A model generated the notes under the pieces. The model searched no databases. It was not told the origin of the DNA and saw nothing but the letters and a program-made list of their open reading frames with translations. DNA of 14,092 nucleotides from assembly GCA_040752415.1 (NCBI GenBank), contig JBFMGU010000271.1, positions 1 to 14,092 of the forward strand, in the 5' to 3' direction. Of this stretch, positions 7,531 to 14,092 are shown one piece after another (position 1 is the stretch's first letter; each line of letters opens with the position of its first letter). The stretch is from Myxococcota bacterium (GTDB taxonomy: Bacteria > Myxococcota > JACRCW01). The translations under genes were made by a program, and so were the position numbers.

Positions 7531-9263
7531 TGCGCGCGGTGCTGGTGGCGTTGCTGGCCACGTTCCTGTGTTCCGCCACGTCGGGACCACCGGTGCTCGC
7601 GGTGCTGTACTTCGACAACAACACCGGCAACCCGGAGCTGGACCCGCTGCGCAAGGGTCTCGCGGACATGATGATCACGGACCTCTCCTCCGCCGTCACC
7701 GTGGTGGAACGGGAGAAGCTCCAGGCGCTCCTCGACGAGCTCAAGCTGCAACGCACGGAGTTCTTCGCCCCGGAGACCGCGCAACAGCTCGGCAAGGGCG
7801 TGGGCGCCACACACGTGGTGACCGGTGCGTTCCTGGCCGCGGACCCGCAGCTGCGCGTGGACATCCGTCTCGTCGAGGTTGGCACGGGGAAGGTGGTGCT
7901 CGCCGACAAGGTGGTGGGCGAGCGCGGCAAGCTGTTCGACCTGCAGCAGGTGCTGGTGCAGCGGTTTCTCGTCGGGATGGACCTGAAGATGAAGGGCGCC
8001 GTGCCGCGCACGCGAGCGGACTACGCCACCGCGGTGGAATACGGTCGGTCCCTCGACCTCGTCGACCAGGGACGCCTGGATGATGCCGCCAAGGCCATGC
8101 AGGCCGTGGTGAAACGTGCTCCTGCCTTCGGCCTGGCGCGACAACGTCATGAAGAGATCCTCCGTCGCCTCGCCGAGGCCCAGGCCAAGCGCACCGCGCT
8201 CCTCGCCCATGCCGCGGAGACCCTGGCGTCGCACGCGCAACAGTTCATCACCACGCACCGCTTCGAGGAGCTCCGCCCCGACGAGGCGCGCACGTTCCTG
8301 GCCTACCGGTACTACCTGGGCGTGGACCTGCTGCGTCGCCTGGTGCCGCACCTGACGACGGGATGGCCCACCTGTATCCGCCCCGGCCACGAGACGGATG
8401 CGCACCGATTGACGGATGAGTTCCTCACCAACGCCCGCACGCTGACGCGCGAGCTGCGCAGGTACGAGGAGAAACACACGCAGACGCATCCCAACGGCCA
8501 GCGCTTCCTGGACACCTCCTTCCGCCTTCCCCACGACGACGACGAGCGCGTCCGCCAGGCGGGCTACAACAGCGTCCCCGACGTGCTGGGTCTGCAACTC
8601 CTCGCGCCGCAGTTCTCGCTGCTGGGTACCGCACACCTCGGTGACGCATTCCGGCTCGCGCTGGCGCCCACTCCCGCATCCCGCAGCGAACAGGAGCGCG
8701 AGCGTGCGCTGCAGGAGCTCAAGGACCTGGTCAGCGTCGAAGACCAAAGGACGACGAGCGCGGCCCACAGCGCCGTTCGCGTGCGTGAGGTGCTGGCGGA
8801 TGCGTACCTGCGGCTGGACCGTCCCGACGACGCCGTGGCCGTGTGGCAGGAGACCCTGGACCGTCATCCCGGCGCCGCCGCGTTCTCCCGTCTTCAGGAG
8901 CGCATCCGTCAGGAGAGCGGGCTCGCGCACCATCCGCAGCGCGGGGACCTGCTTGCGTACCCGTCGTCACTGGCCGCGTGTGACGACATGGGTCTGCGCA
9001 AGGGCTTTGACCAGGTGATTCCGCACCGCATGTATTCCCTGGGCGTGGGCGCCCTGCCAGCGACGGTGGATGAGATCACCAGCAGGTGCACCACCAACCG
9101 CAGCCTCACCCAATACGTTTTCGCCCATGGCGCGCTGGTTGCCGCGGCGCACGGGGAATGCGCGTGGTTCGAGCAGTACATGGCGCGTTTCCTGGAAGCG
9201 GGGGGCTCGCGGTCGGACGTGGATGGGTACCGTCGCAACTACGCCAAGGCGTGCCACCAGTGA
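7527..9263 (+). CDS. Exported CsgG/HfaB-like domain protein with TPR-like helices and an uncharacterised helical C-terminus, 578 aa
   Basis: ATGA overlap with the upstream stop (7527-7530). Signal MMRAVLVALLATFLCSA. CsgG-like domain: LAVLYFDN...VVEREKLQALLDELKLQ...LGKGVGATHVVTGAF...VDIRLVEVGTGKVV. TPR-like segments: YGRSLDLVDQGRLDDAAKAMQAVVKRAPAF and LADAYLRLDRPDDAVAVWQETLDRHP. Confidence 0.75.
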   Translation: MMRAVLVALLATFLCSATSGPPVLAVLYFDNNTGNPELDPLRKGLADMMITDLSSAVTVVEREKLQALLDELKLQRTEFFAPETAQQLGKGVGATHVVTGAFLAADPQLRVDIRLVEVGTGKVVLADKVVGERGKLFDLQQVLVQRFLVGMDLKMKGAVPRTRADYATAVEYGRSLDLVDQGRLDDAAKAMQAVVKRAPAFGLARQRHEEILRRLAEAQAKRTALLAHAAETLASHAQQFITTHRFEELRPDEARTFLAYRYYLGVDLLRRLVPHLTTGWPTCIRPGHETDAHRLTDEFLTNARTLTRELRRYEEKHTQTHPNGQRFLDTSFRLPHDDDERVRQAGYNSVPDVLGLQLLAPQFSLLGTAHLGDAFRLALAPTPASRSEQERERALQELKDLVSVEDQRTTSAAHSAVRVREVLADAYLRLDRPDDAVAVWQETLDRHPGAAAFSRLQERIRQESGLAHHPQRGDLLAYPSSLAACDDMGLRKGFDQVIPHRMYSLGVGALPATVDEITSRCTTNRSLTQYVFAHGALVAAAHGECAWFEQYMARFLEAGGSRSDVDGYRRNYAKACHQ

Positions 9264-9342
9264 TGCCCGCCCGCATCACCCCTGCCTTCACCGCCACATC
9301 ACCCACGCACGAAAACCCCTGAAAATCACGGGAGCTGCGCCT

Positions 9343-9358
9343 TGGCCCGCGCGTTGCT
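9343..9358 (+). promoter_or_regulatory. Sigma54 (RpoN) -24/-12 promoter of the VWA lipoprotein gene
   Basis: TGGCCCG-CGCG-TTGCT against the consensus TGGCACG-N4-TTGCW (one mismatch). GG at 9344-9345 and GC at 9356-9357 have the exact N10 spacing. It sits in the intergenic region about 35 nt before the ATG. Confidence 0.75.
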
Positions 9359-9380
9359 CTTGACGTGCGCATCTTCCAAC

Positions 9381-9385
9381 GGAGG
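9381..9385 (+). promoter_or_regulatory. Shine-Dalgarno sequence
   Basis: GGAGG lies 7 nt upstream of ATG 9393. Confidence 0.7.
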
Positions 9386-9392
9386 AACCATC

Positions 9393-10853
9393 ATGCGGAC
9401 GAAGCGACGTGGAATGAAGCTGTTGGGCCTGGCGGCAACCCTTGCGGTGAGCGCGTGCACCGCCGCGCCGATGGAGGGCTTGGGCGGTGGCGCGGGAGCA
9501 ACCGCCGGTGGCGCGCAGGACATCGCGCTGGCGCGGCAGGTCATCGAGTCGGGCGGGATTCCCACCGCGGACCAGTACACGGTGGAAGGCCTCTACGCCG
9601 AGCACGACATGCCGCTGCCCGCCCCCGCGTGTTCGCGCACGCTGTGCATCAATGGTCGCGGCGGAGCCAACACGTTCGTGGATGACGACGCCACCGACGC
9701 CATCGTGCAGATCGGTTTCTCGTCGGGAATCAACGCCGCCACCTTCCAGCGCAAGCCGCTCAACCTCTCGCTGGTGGTCGACATCTCGGGCTCCATGGCC
9801 GGGGACAAGATCGAGCGGACGCGGGATGCGCTGCACCGCATCGTGGACCGCATGAACGAGGGTGACCGCCTGGCGCTCACCATCTTCGACGACAACTCCC
9901 AGGTCCTGCGCGGCCCCGACCCCGTGACCGACCACGATTCCATCCACACCCTCATCGATGACCACGTGCACGACCGGGGCTCCACCAACATGGCCGCCGG
10001 CCTCTCCGACGGATATGCGCAGGCCGCCCTCCACCGCGGTCAGCCCGGCATCCTGGACCGCGTCATCCTCATCACCGACGCCGTCCCCAACACCGGCATG
10101 ATGAGCGACGAGGAGTTCATCAACCAGGCCACGCAGAACGCGGAGGCGGGCGTGGGGCTCACGGTGTTCGGCGTTGGCACCGACTTCAACAACGAGCTGG
10201 TCTACAAGATCACGCACCTGCGCGGCGGCAACTACTACTTCATCGCGGATGCGCCCCGTCTGACCCAGGTTGTCGACGAGGAATTTGACTTCATGGTCAC
10301 GCCGGTGGCCTACGACCTGCGCCTGGAGATCACTCCCGCCGAGGGCCTGCAGATGAAGCGTGTCTACGGCCTGCCCGAGGACGCGGTGACCAACGGCGGC
10401 ATGACACTGGAGGTGGCCACGGTGTTCCTCTCCAAGCGCAAGGGCGGCATGGCGCTGCGCCTGGACGTCGTGGGCGGGCTCGATGACGAGGCGGCGATGC
10501 TGGTGTCCAGCCTGGCCTACACCGACGCGGCCACCGGCGAGGCGCAGGAGTCCGCGCTGCAGGTGATGGGCGACGCGCGGCGTCTCGGGTCCAACCCCGA
10601 GGCCGCGCCCGAGGATCCGGCGGGCATCGAGCGCATTGCTTCGCTGACCAACATGTTCCTGGCCATGCGGGAAGCTTCCGAGTTCGCCGCCACGCCCACC
10701 GACGAGAACCGTCAGGACGCAAGTGACGCGATTACCAAGGCGATCTCCCAGCTCCAGCGCGTGTCGACGTCGGTGAATGACCCCACGCTGTCCACCGAGG
10801 CCCAGCTCCTCGAGAAGCTGAAGCAGAACGTGGCTGCCGCGCGCGGGCAGTGA
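9393..10853 (+). CDS. von Willebrand factor type A (VWA/MIDAS) domain lipoprotein, YfbK-like, 486 aa
   Basis: SD plus ATG 9393. Signal MRTKRRGMKLLGLAATLAVSA-C (lipobox VSAC). Motifs: RKPLNLSLVVDISGSM (DxSxS at 9780-9794), GSTNMAAGL, RVILITDAVPNTG, LTVFGVGTDFN and GGNYYFI, so all MIDAS positions are present. Confidence 0.88.
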   Translation: MRTKRRGMKLLGLAATLAVSACTAAPMEGLGGGAGATAGGAQDIALARQVIESGGIPTADQYTVEGLYAEHDMPLPAPACSRTLCINGRGGANTFVDDDATDAIVQIGFSSGINAATFQRKPLNLSLVVDISGSMAGDKIERTRDALHRIVDRMNEGDRLALTIFDDNSQVLRGPDPVTDHDSIHTLIDDHVHDRGSTNMAAGLSDGYAQAALHRGQPGILDRVILITDAVPNTGMMSDEEFINQATQNAEAGVGLTVFGVGTDFNNELVYKITHLRGGNYYFIADAPRLTQVVDEEFDFMVTPVAYDLRLEITPAEGLQMKRVYGLPEDAVTNGGMTLEVATVFLSKRKGGMALRLDVVGGLDDEAAMLVSSLAYTDAATGEAQESALQVMGDARRLGSNPEAAPEDPAGIERIASLTNMFLAMREASEFAATPTDENRQDASDAITKAISQLQRVSTSVNDPTLSTEAQLLEKLKQNVAAARGQ

Positions 10854-10854
10854 T

Positions 10855-13797
10855 TCAGCCCGGCGGCACCTCGCACTCGCAGGTGCTCGGCTGACAGAGG
10901 AGTGCGCCGTCGCATCCGCCGCAATCCGGTTTGCACACGCAGGCGCACAAGGCGGCGTCGGGCTCACGGGTGGCACCACAGCTCAACTGGTCCACGTCGC
11001 ACACGCAGTCACACGCGCTCGCGTCCCAGCGGAATCCCTCGCGGCACGTCAGCACCTGGTCACACACGCACGCGCACGCCTCCAGGTCGCAGCGCGCAAT
11101 GCCGCCGCAGGAAGCACACGCCTCACACGGGGAGCGCGGCGGGTCCGCGTCGGGGGTCTGGTCAATCCAGTAACGGTAGGAGACGGCCACGCGCTTGCCT
11201 TCCGTGGCAGGACGACAGTTCCCGAAGAACGCGATGGTGCGCGCACGCACGTCGTAGTCAAAGCCGTGCACGCGGCTGCGCGGCACGTCATCCCAGGTGC
11301 AGTCCCCGACGGTGGAGTTGTGGTCCATGGCCACCTTGATGGTGGAGCTGATGGCGGCGCGGGACAGCTGGTAGGGGCTGACGTTGCCCACCGCGTCGTC
11401 GAGGATGGCGTCCACGGTGGGGCCAATGGAGGCGAGGTCGCGCATGCTGCCCAGCACGCCGCCAAACCGGTTCACCAGGTTGGTGACCACGTGCGGGTCG
11501 CGCTGCGCCTCGCCACACTCGCCGGTGTTGCAGTGGATGGCGCCCATGGTGATCGACGCCACTGGCAGGGCGCGGAAGAACGCCTCGTACTCGTCGATGC
11601 CGCCGGGCAGGTCCTCGTTCGCGTAGTACTGGTCGTCGGCGTCACCCATGAGGATGAGCACCAGGTTCACGTTCTGGCGCAGGTGCATCTCGTCGGCACT
11701 GGGCTGCGGCGGCATGAAGGACGCCAGCCCGCCCTCCGCGGGAGACAACATGAGCTGCGCGCCGCGGATGATCTCCTCGCGCGGCTGATTGCAGTGTCCG
11801 CCCGCGCCCACCCACGCCGGGTCCCCCACGGTGAACCAGGAGGCAAACCGGTCCACGTCCTGCGTGAACCAGCGACACTGGTGCTCCAGCGTGTCGCCGC
11901 AGGTGGTGTTGGTGCAGGGCGGGGAGTCGTTGACGCCGCGCGGGCTGTAGAAGCCGCTGTCGACGACGGCGACGCGCCAGTCCACCGTGGCATTGGAGAG
12001 CCGCGCGGACATGGCTGCCGCGGAAGCCGCCACCGCGTTCTGCTCGTCGTTCATGGAGACGGAGTTGTCCACCGCCCACAGGATGTCCACCGGCGCGTAG
12101 TTCGACGTCGTGAAGCGGTCGCATTGCACACTGATGGAGTCCCCGGCCTGGGCCAGCGCGCTCCCGTCGGCCACGTCGCGCACGGTGAAGCGGGCGGGCT
12201 CCTCGTCGCGCTCTCGGGGGATGAAAGCCATCAGCACCACCGCGGTGTTGTCGGAGCGGCGCACGTACTCCGCCTCCACGTGGAAGCCCTCCGTGGCAAC
12301 GACGTCCCCCGCCACGTCCAGCAGGTCCTGCGCGTCGCTGAAATACGACTCCACCACGGCGTTGGCGCGCGCTTTCACGCCCACGTTGCCCGCCATGTCA
12401 TAGGACGCGCGCACTGCGGGGTACCCGTCCCACGTGGTGAACTGGAAGGTGATGGGCGTGGTGATGTTGCCAATGCCATCCAGCTTCTGCTGGCCGGCGG
12501 CCTCCTCGGCGTCGGCGCTGCCGCCCGCGGGCTGCTTGGTGAGGACCAGGTAGGCCACGCCGTTCTGCGCGTGGAAACCCATGAGGCCCACCACCTCGGT
12601 GGTTCCCTCGGCGGAGATGGGCCGTCGCACCTCGGTCTTCACCAGGAACGCGTCGGCGCCGCGCACCGCGCTGGCCACCTGCTGGTCCGGCTGCGCGTGC
12701 CGGTGACGGTCCACCGCGACCAGCGACTCCAACGCGCACGCGGCCTGCGTGGCCGGGTCGCCACCCACGTCGGCGCCGTTGCGGGGGTCGAGCTCACCGT
12801 CGTCGACGCGACCGTTCTGGTTGGTGTCTTCCGCGCCGTCGGGCACTCCGTCACCGTCGCTGTCGACGTCGGTGGGGTCGGTGGTGGTGGCGGGATCCTG
12901 GTCGGCCACGGGCGGACAGAGGGGGTCGGCGCTGGCGGTGGCGCCGGTCTCCACGCCGTCCAGCAGGCCGTCTCCGTCGGTATCCGCGTTGGCGGGCTCG
13001 GTGCCGCGGGTGCGCTCGTCACCGTCGGAGAGTCCGTCGCAGTCGCTGTCCACGCGGTCGGGTCGACTCTCACCGGGGTCCACCGCGCCGTCGGCGTCCA
13101 GGTCCTCACCCGCCACGCACGCGCCGGCCACGGTGCTGGGTCCGTCGCACAGTCCGTCGCCGTCGGCGTCCGCGTCGGTGGGCGCGGCGTCCAGCGCGTC
13201 GGGAACGCCGTCCCCGTCCGCGTCCTCCTCGACGGGAATGGGCGTGGGGTCCGGGCCGGTGCACGCGCCCGGGACGTCGACGGTGCCGTCGCACAGGCCA
13301 TCTCCGTCGGAGTCGGGGTTGCGCGGGTCGGTCTCCACGGTGCGTTCGCGTACGCCGTTGTGGTTCGCGTCCTCGTCGCCGTCGGGGATGCCGTCGCCGT
13401 CGTGGTCGGGGTCGGTGGGGTCGGTGGTGCTGGCGGGGTCGCCGTCGGGTTGCATGAGCCCGGCGCAGCGCACGTCGACGCTGGAGCTGCGGCCCGCCTC
13501 CAGTCCGTCGGGGAGGCCGTCGCCATCGGTGTCGGGGTTGCCGGGGTCGGTGCGCGCGCCGCCGGCCCACACGGTGCCGTACTCCTGCGCGTCGGACAGG
13601 CCGTCGCAGTCGCTGTCGCGACGGTCGTTGTCGGCGCGCGTGGGGTCGGGCTGATCGACCACCGTGGAGGCGTCCGGGGTGCCCACGGTACCGGCGTCCA
13701 CGACGTCACCACCGCCGGCATCCGACGAGGACGGCGTGGGACACCCCGCGAGCCACACGGCAAGCCACAGGGCACAGGAAGAACGCGCGGAGCGCAT
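10855..13797 (-). CDS. cglD: CglD-like adventurous gliding motility lipoprotein (TSP3 Ca-binding repeats, VWA domain, Cys-rich CXCXC tail), 980 aa
   Basis: ATG 13797 is preceded by the SD-like AGAGGT. Lipobox LAGC in MRSARSSCALWLAVWLAG-C. About 12 DxDxDG-type repeats start at DSDCDGLSD. Also FTTWDG, VWA VDILWAVDNSVSM (DxSxS at 12055-12069), VPRSRVHGFDYD...VSYRYW and a Cys-rich C-terminus. The architecture matches Myxococcus CglD as I recall it; orthology was not tested. Confidence 0.8.
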   Translation of the reverse strand: MRSARSSCALWLAVWLAGCPTPSSSDAGGGDVVDAGTVGTPDASTVVDQPDPTRADNDRRDSDCDGLSDAQEYGTVWAGGARTDPGNPDTDGDGLPDGLEAGRSSSVDVRCAGLMQPDGDPASTTDPTDPDHDGDGIPDGDEDANHNGVRERTVETDPRNPDSDGDGLCDGTVDVPGACTGPDPTPIPVEEDADGDGVPDALDAAPTDADADGDGLCDGPSTVAGACVAGEDLDADGAVDPGESRPDRVDSDCDGLSDGDERTRGTEPANADTDGDGLLDGVETGATASADPLCPPVADQDPATTTDPTDVDSDGDGVPDGAEDTNQNGRVDDGELDPRNGADVGGDPATQAACALESLVAVDRHRHAQPDQQVASAVRGADAFLVKTEVRRPISAEGTTEVVGLMGFHAQNGVAYLVLTKQPAGGSADAEEAAGQQKLDGIGNITTPITFQFTTWDGYPAVRASYDMAGNVGVKARANAVVESYFSDAQDLLDVAGDVVATEGFHVEAEYVRRSDNTAVVLMAFIPRERDEEPARFTVRDVADGSALAQAGDSISVQCDRFTTSNYAPVDILWAVDNSVSMNDEQNAVAASAAAMSARLSNATVDWRVAVVDSGFYSPRGVNDSPPCTNTTCGDTLEHQCRWFTQDVDRFASWFTVGDPAWVGAGGHCNQPREEIIRGAQLMLSPAEGGLASFMPPQPSADEMHLRQNVNLVLILMGDADDQYYANEDLPGGIDEYEAFFRALPVASITMGAIHCNTGECGEAQRDPHVVTNLVNRFGGVLGSMRDLASIGPTVDAILDDAVGNVSPYQLSRAAISSTIKVAMDHNSTVGDCTWDDVPRSRVHGFDYDVRARTIAFFGNCRPATEGKRVAVSYRYWIDQTPDADPPRSPCEACASCGGIARCDLEACACVCDQVLTCREGFRWDASACDCVCDVDQLSCGATREPDAALCACVCKPDCGGCDGALLCQPSTCECEVPPG
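12811..13617 (-). repeat. Thrombospondin type 3-like (DxDxDG) repeat region of CglD
   Basis: Units in order: DSDCDG, DTDGDG, DHDGDG, DANHNG, DSDGDG, DADGDG (x2), DLDADG, DSDCDG, DTDGDG, DSDGDG, DTNQNG. Confidence 0.85.
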
Positions 13798-13962
13798 GGA
13801 GCCACCTCTTCCGCCGAATCTCCGGCGACGGGGGGGAACCATGCCACGCCGCGCTTCGCCCCGCGAGATGCCGCCTACCAGCTCCCGCTGGCACCCGTCC
13901 CGACGAGGAACCGCCCCCGCCGCCGCGGTGCCCGCCACGACGACGCCGGCGGCGCCCGAAGC

Positions 13963-14010
13963 CAAAGCGGTATTTCAGACCGCACTCCCCGAGGTGCGGG
14001 CGCCGCTTTG
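13963..14010. other. Nested stem-loop upstream of cglD
   Basis: Outer stem CAAAGCGG (13963-13970) / CCGCTTTG (14003-14010). Inner stem CCGCAC (13980-13985) / GTGCGG (13994-13999). AT-rich internal loop TATTTCAGA. Confidence 0.4.
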
Positions 14011-14071
14011 CCGGTCTTCCGTGGTTGCCCGCACCAGGATACTGCGTCGGGAATCACCGCGTGCCGGCCTC

Positions 14072-14092
14072 TCAGCCCAGCGCGACCCACGG
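14072..14092 (-). CDS. Possible 3' end of an upstream minus-strand gene (...PWVALG*), truncated by the window edge
   Basis: The minus strand reads CCG TGG GTC GCG CTG GGC TGA, and all six sense codons end in G/C. Only 21 nt are visible. Confidence 0.25.
   Translation of the reverse strand, partial: PWVALG

Noticed and set aside
6436..9263. Curli secretion system
   Set aside because: Only CsgG-like folds are present. There are no curlin repeats or CsgE/CsgF in the window and no clear lipobox on either protein.
9393..10853. Calling the VWA lipoprotein cglB
   Set aside because: The motifs fit the generic YfbK-like VWA family, the protein is Cys-poor, and orthology cannot be shown from the sequence alone.
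12811..13617. CRISPR array or DNA tandem repeat
   Set aside because: The repeats are degenerate, in frame and explained by DxDxDG protein repeats, with no constant repeat/unique spacer pattern.
13811..13900. Resemblance of CGCCGAATC...CGGGGGGGAACC to the 5' end of the c-di-AMP (ydaO) riboswitch
   Set aside because: The downstream conserved blocks (GGGGnnAAUC, AGCUAAC) are absent and the strand is opposite to cglD.
13798..13965. N-terminal 56 aa extension of the CglD ORF in the ORF track
   Set aside because: The SD and lipoprotein signal peptide point to ATG 13797, and the extension is low-complexity.
13960..13995. Minus-strand CTCGGGG...CTGAAATACC resembling a TPP riboswitch
   Set aside because: It lacks CUGAGA and the ACCUGAU...UAAU...GCGUAGG half, and there is no thiamine-related gene.
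13841..14092. Plus-strand open frame from ATG 13841 running off the window (MPRRASPREM...)
   Set aside because: Low-complexity, no motif and weak GC3 bias. It cannot be fully excluded without downstream sequence.

Overview
GC-rich window that looks like Myxococcota (inferred from a CglD-like protein, a MYXO-CTERM-like tail and a sigma54 promoter). It holds seven complete genes, all encoding predicted envelope or exported proteins. In order: a neutral/alkaline ceramidase-family lipoprotein with Cys-rich N-terminal repeats (-); a lipoprotein with a degenerate zinc-peptidase motif (QEMSH) and a MYXO-CTERM-like tail (+); a multidomain rhomboid protease with TPR, overlapping the previous gene tail-to-tail (-); two translationally coupled CsgG/TolB-N-like domain proteins (+); a VWA (MIDAS) lipoprotein behind a near-consensus sigma54 promoter (+); and a CglD-like gliding adhesin lipoprotein with TSP3 repeats, VWA and CXCXC repeats (-). 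I found no mobile element, CRISPR array, tRNA or rRNA. The best candidate for an undescribed system is a surface adhesion/processing locus (rhomboid, CTERM-tailed protein, CsgG-like pair, two VWA lipoproteins). That is inference from gene neighbourhood only and may be chance adjacency. All family assignments come from motif recognition by eye; no searches were run.
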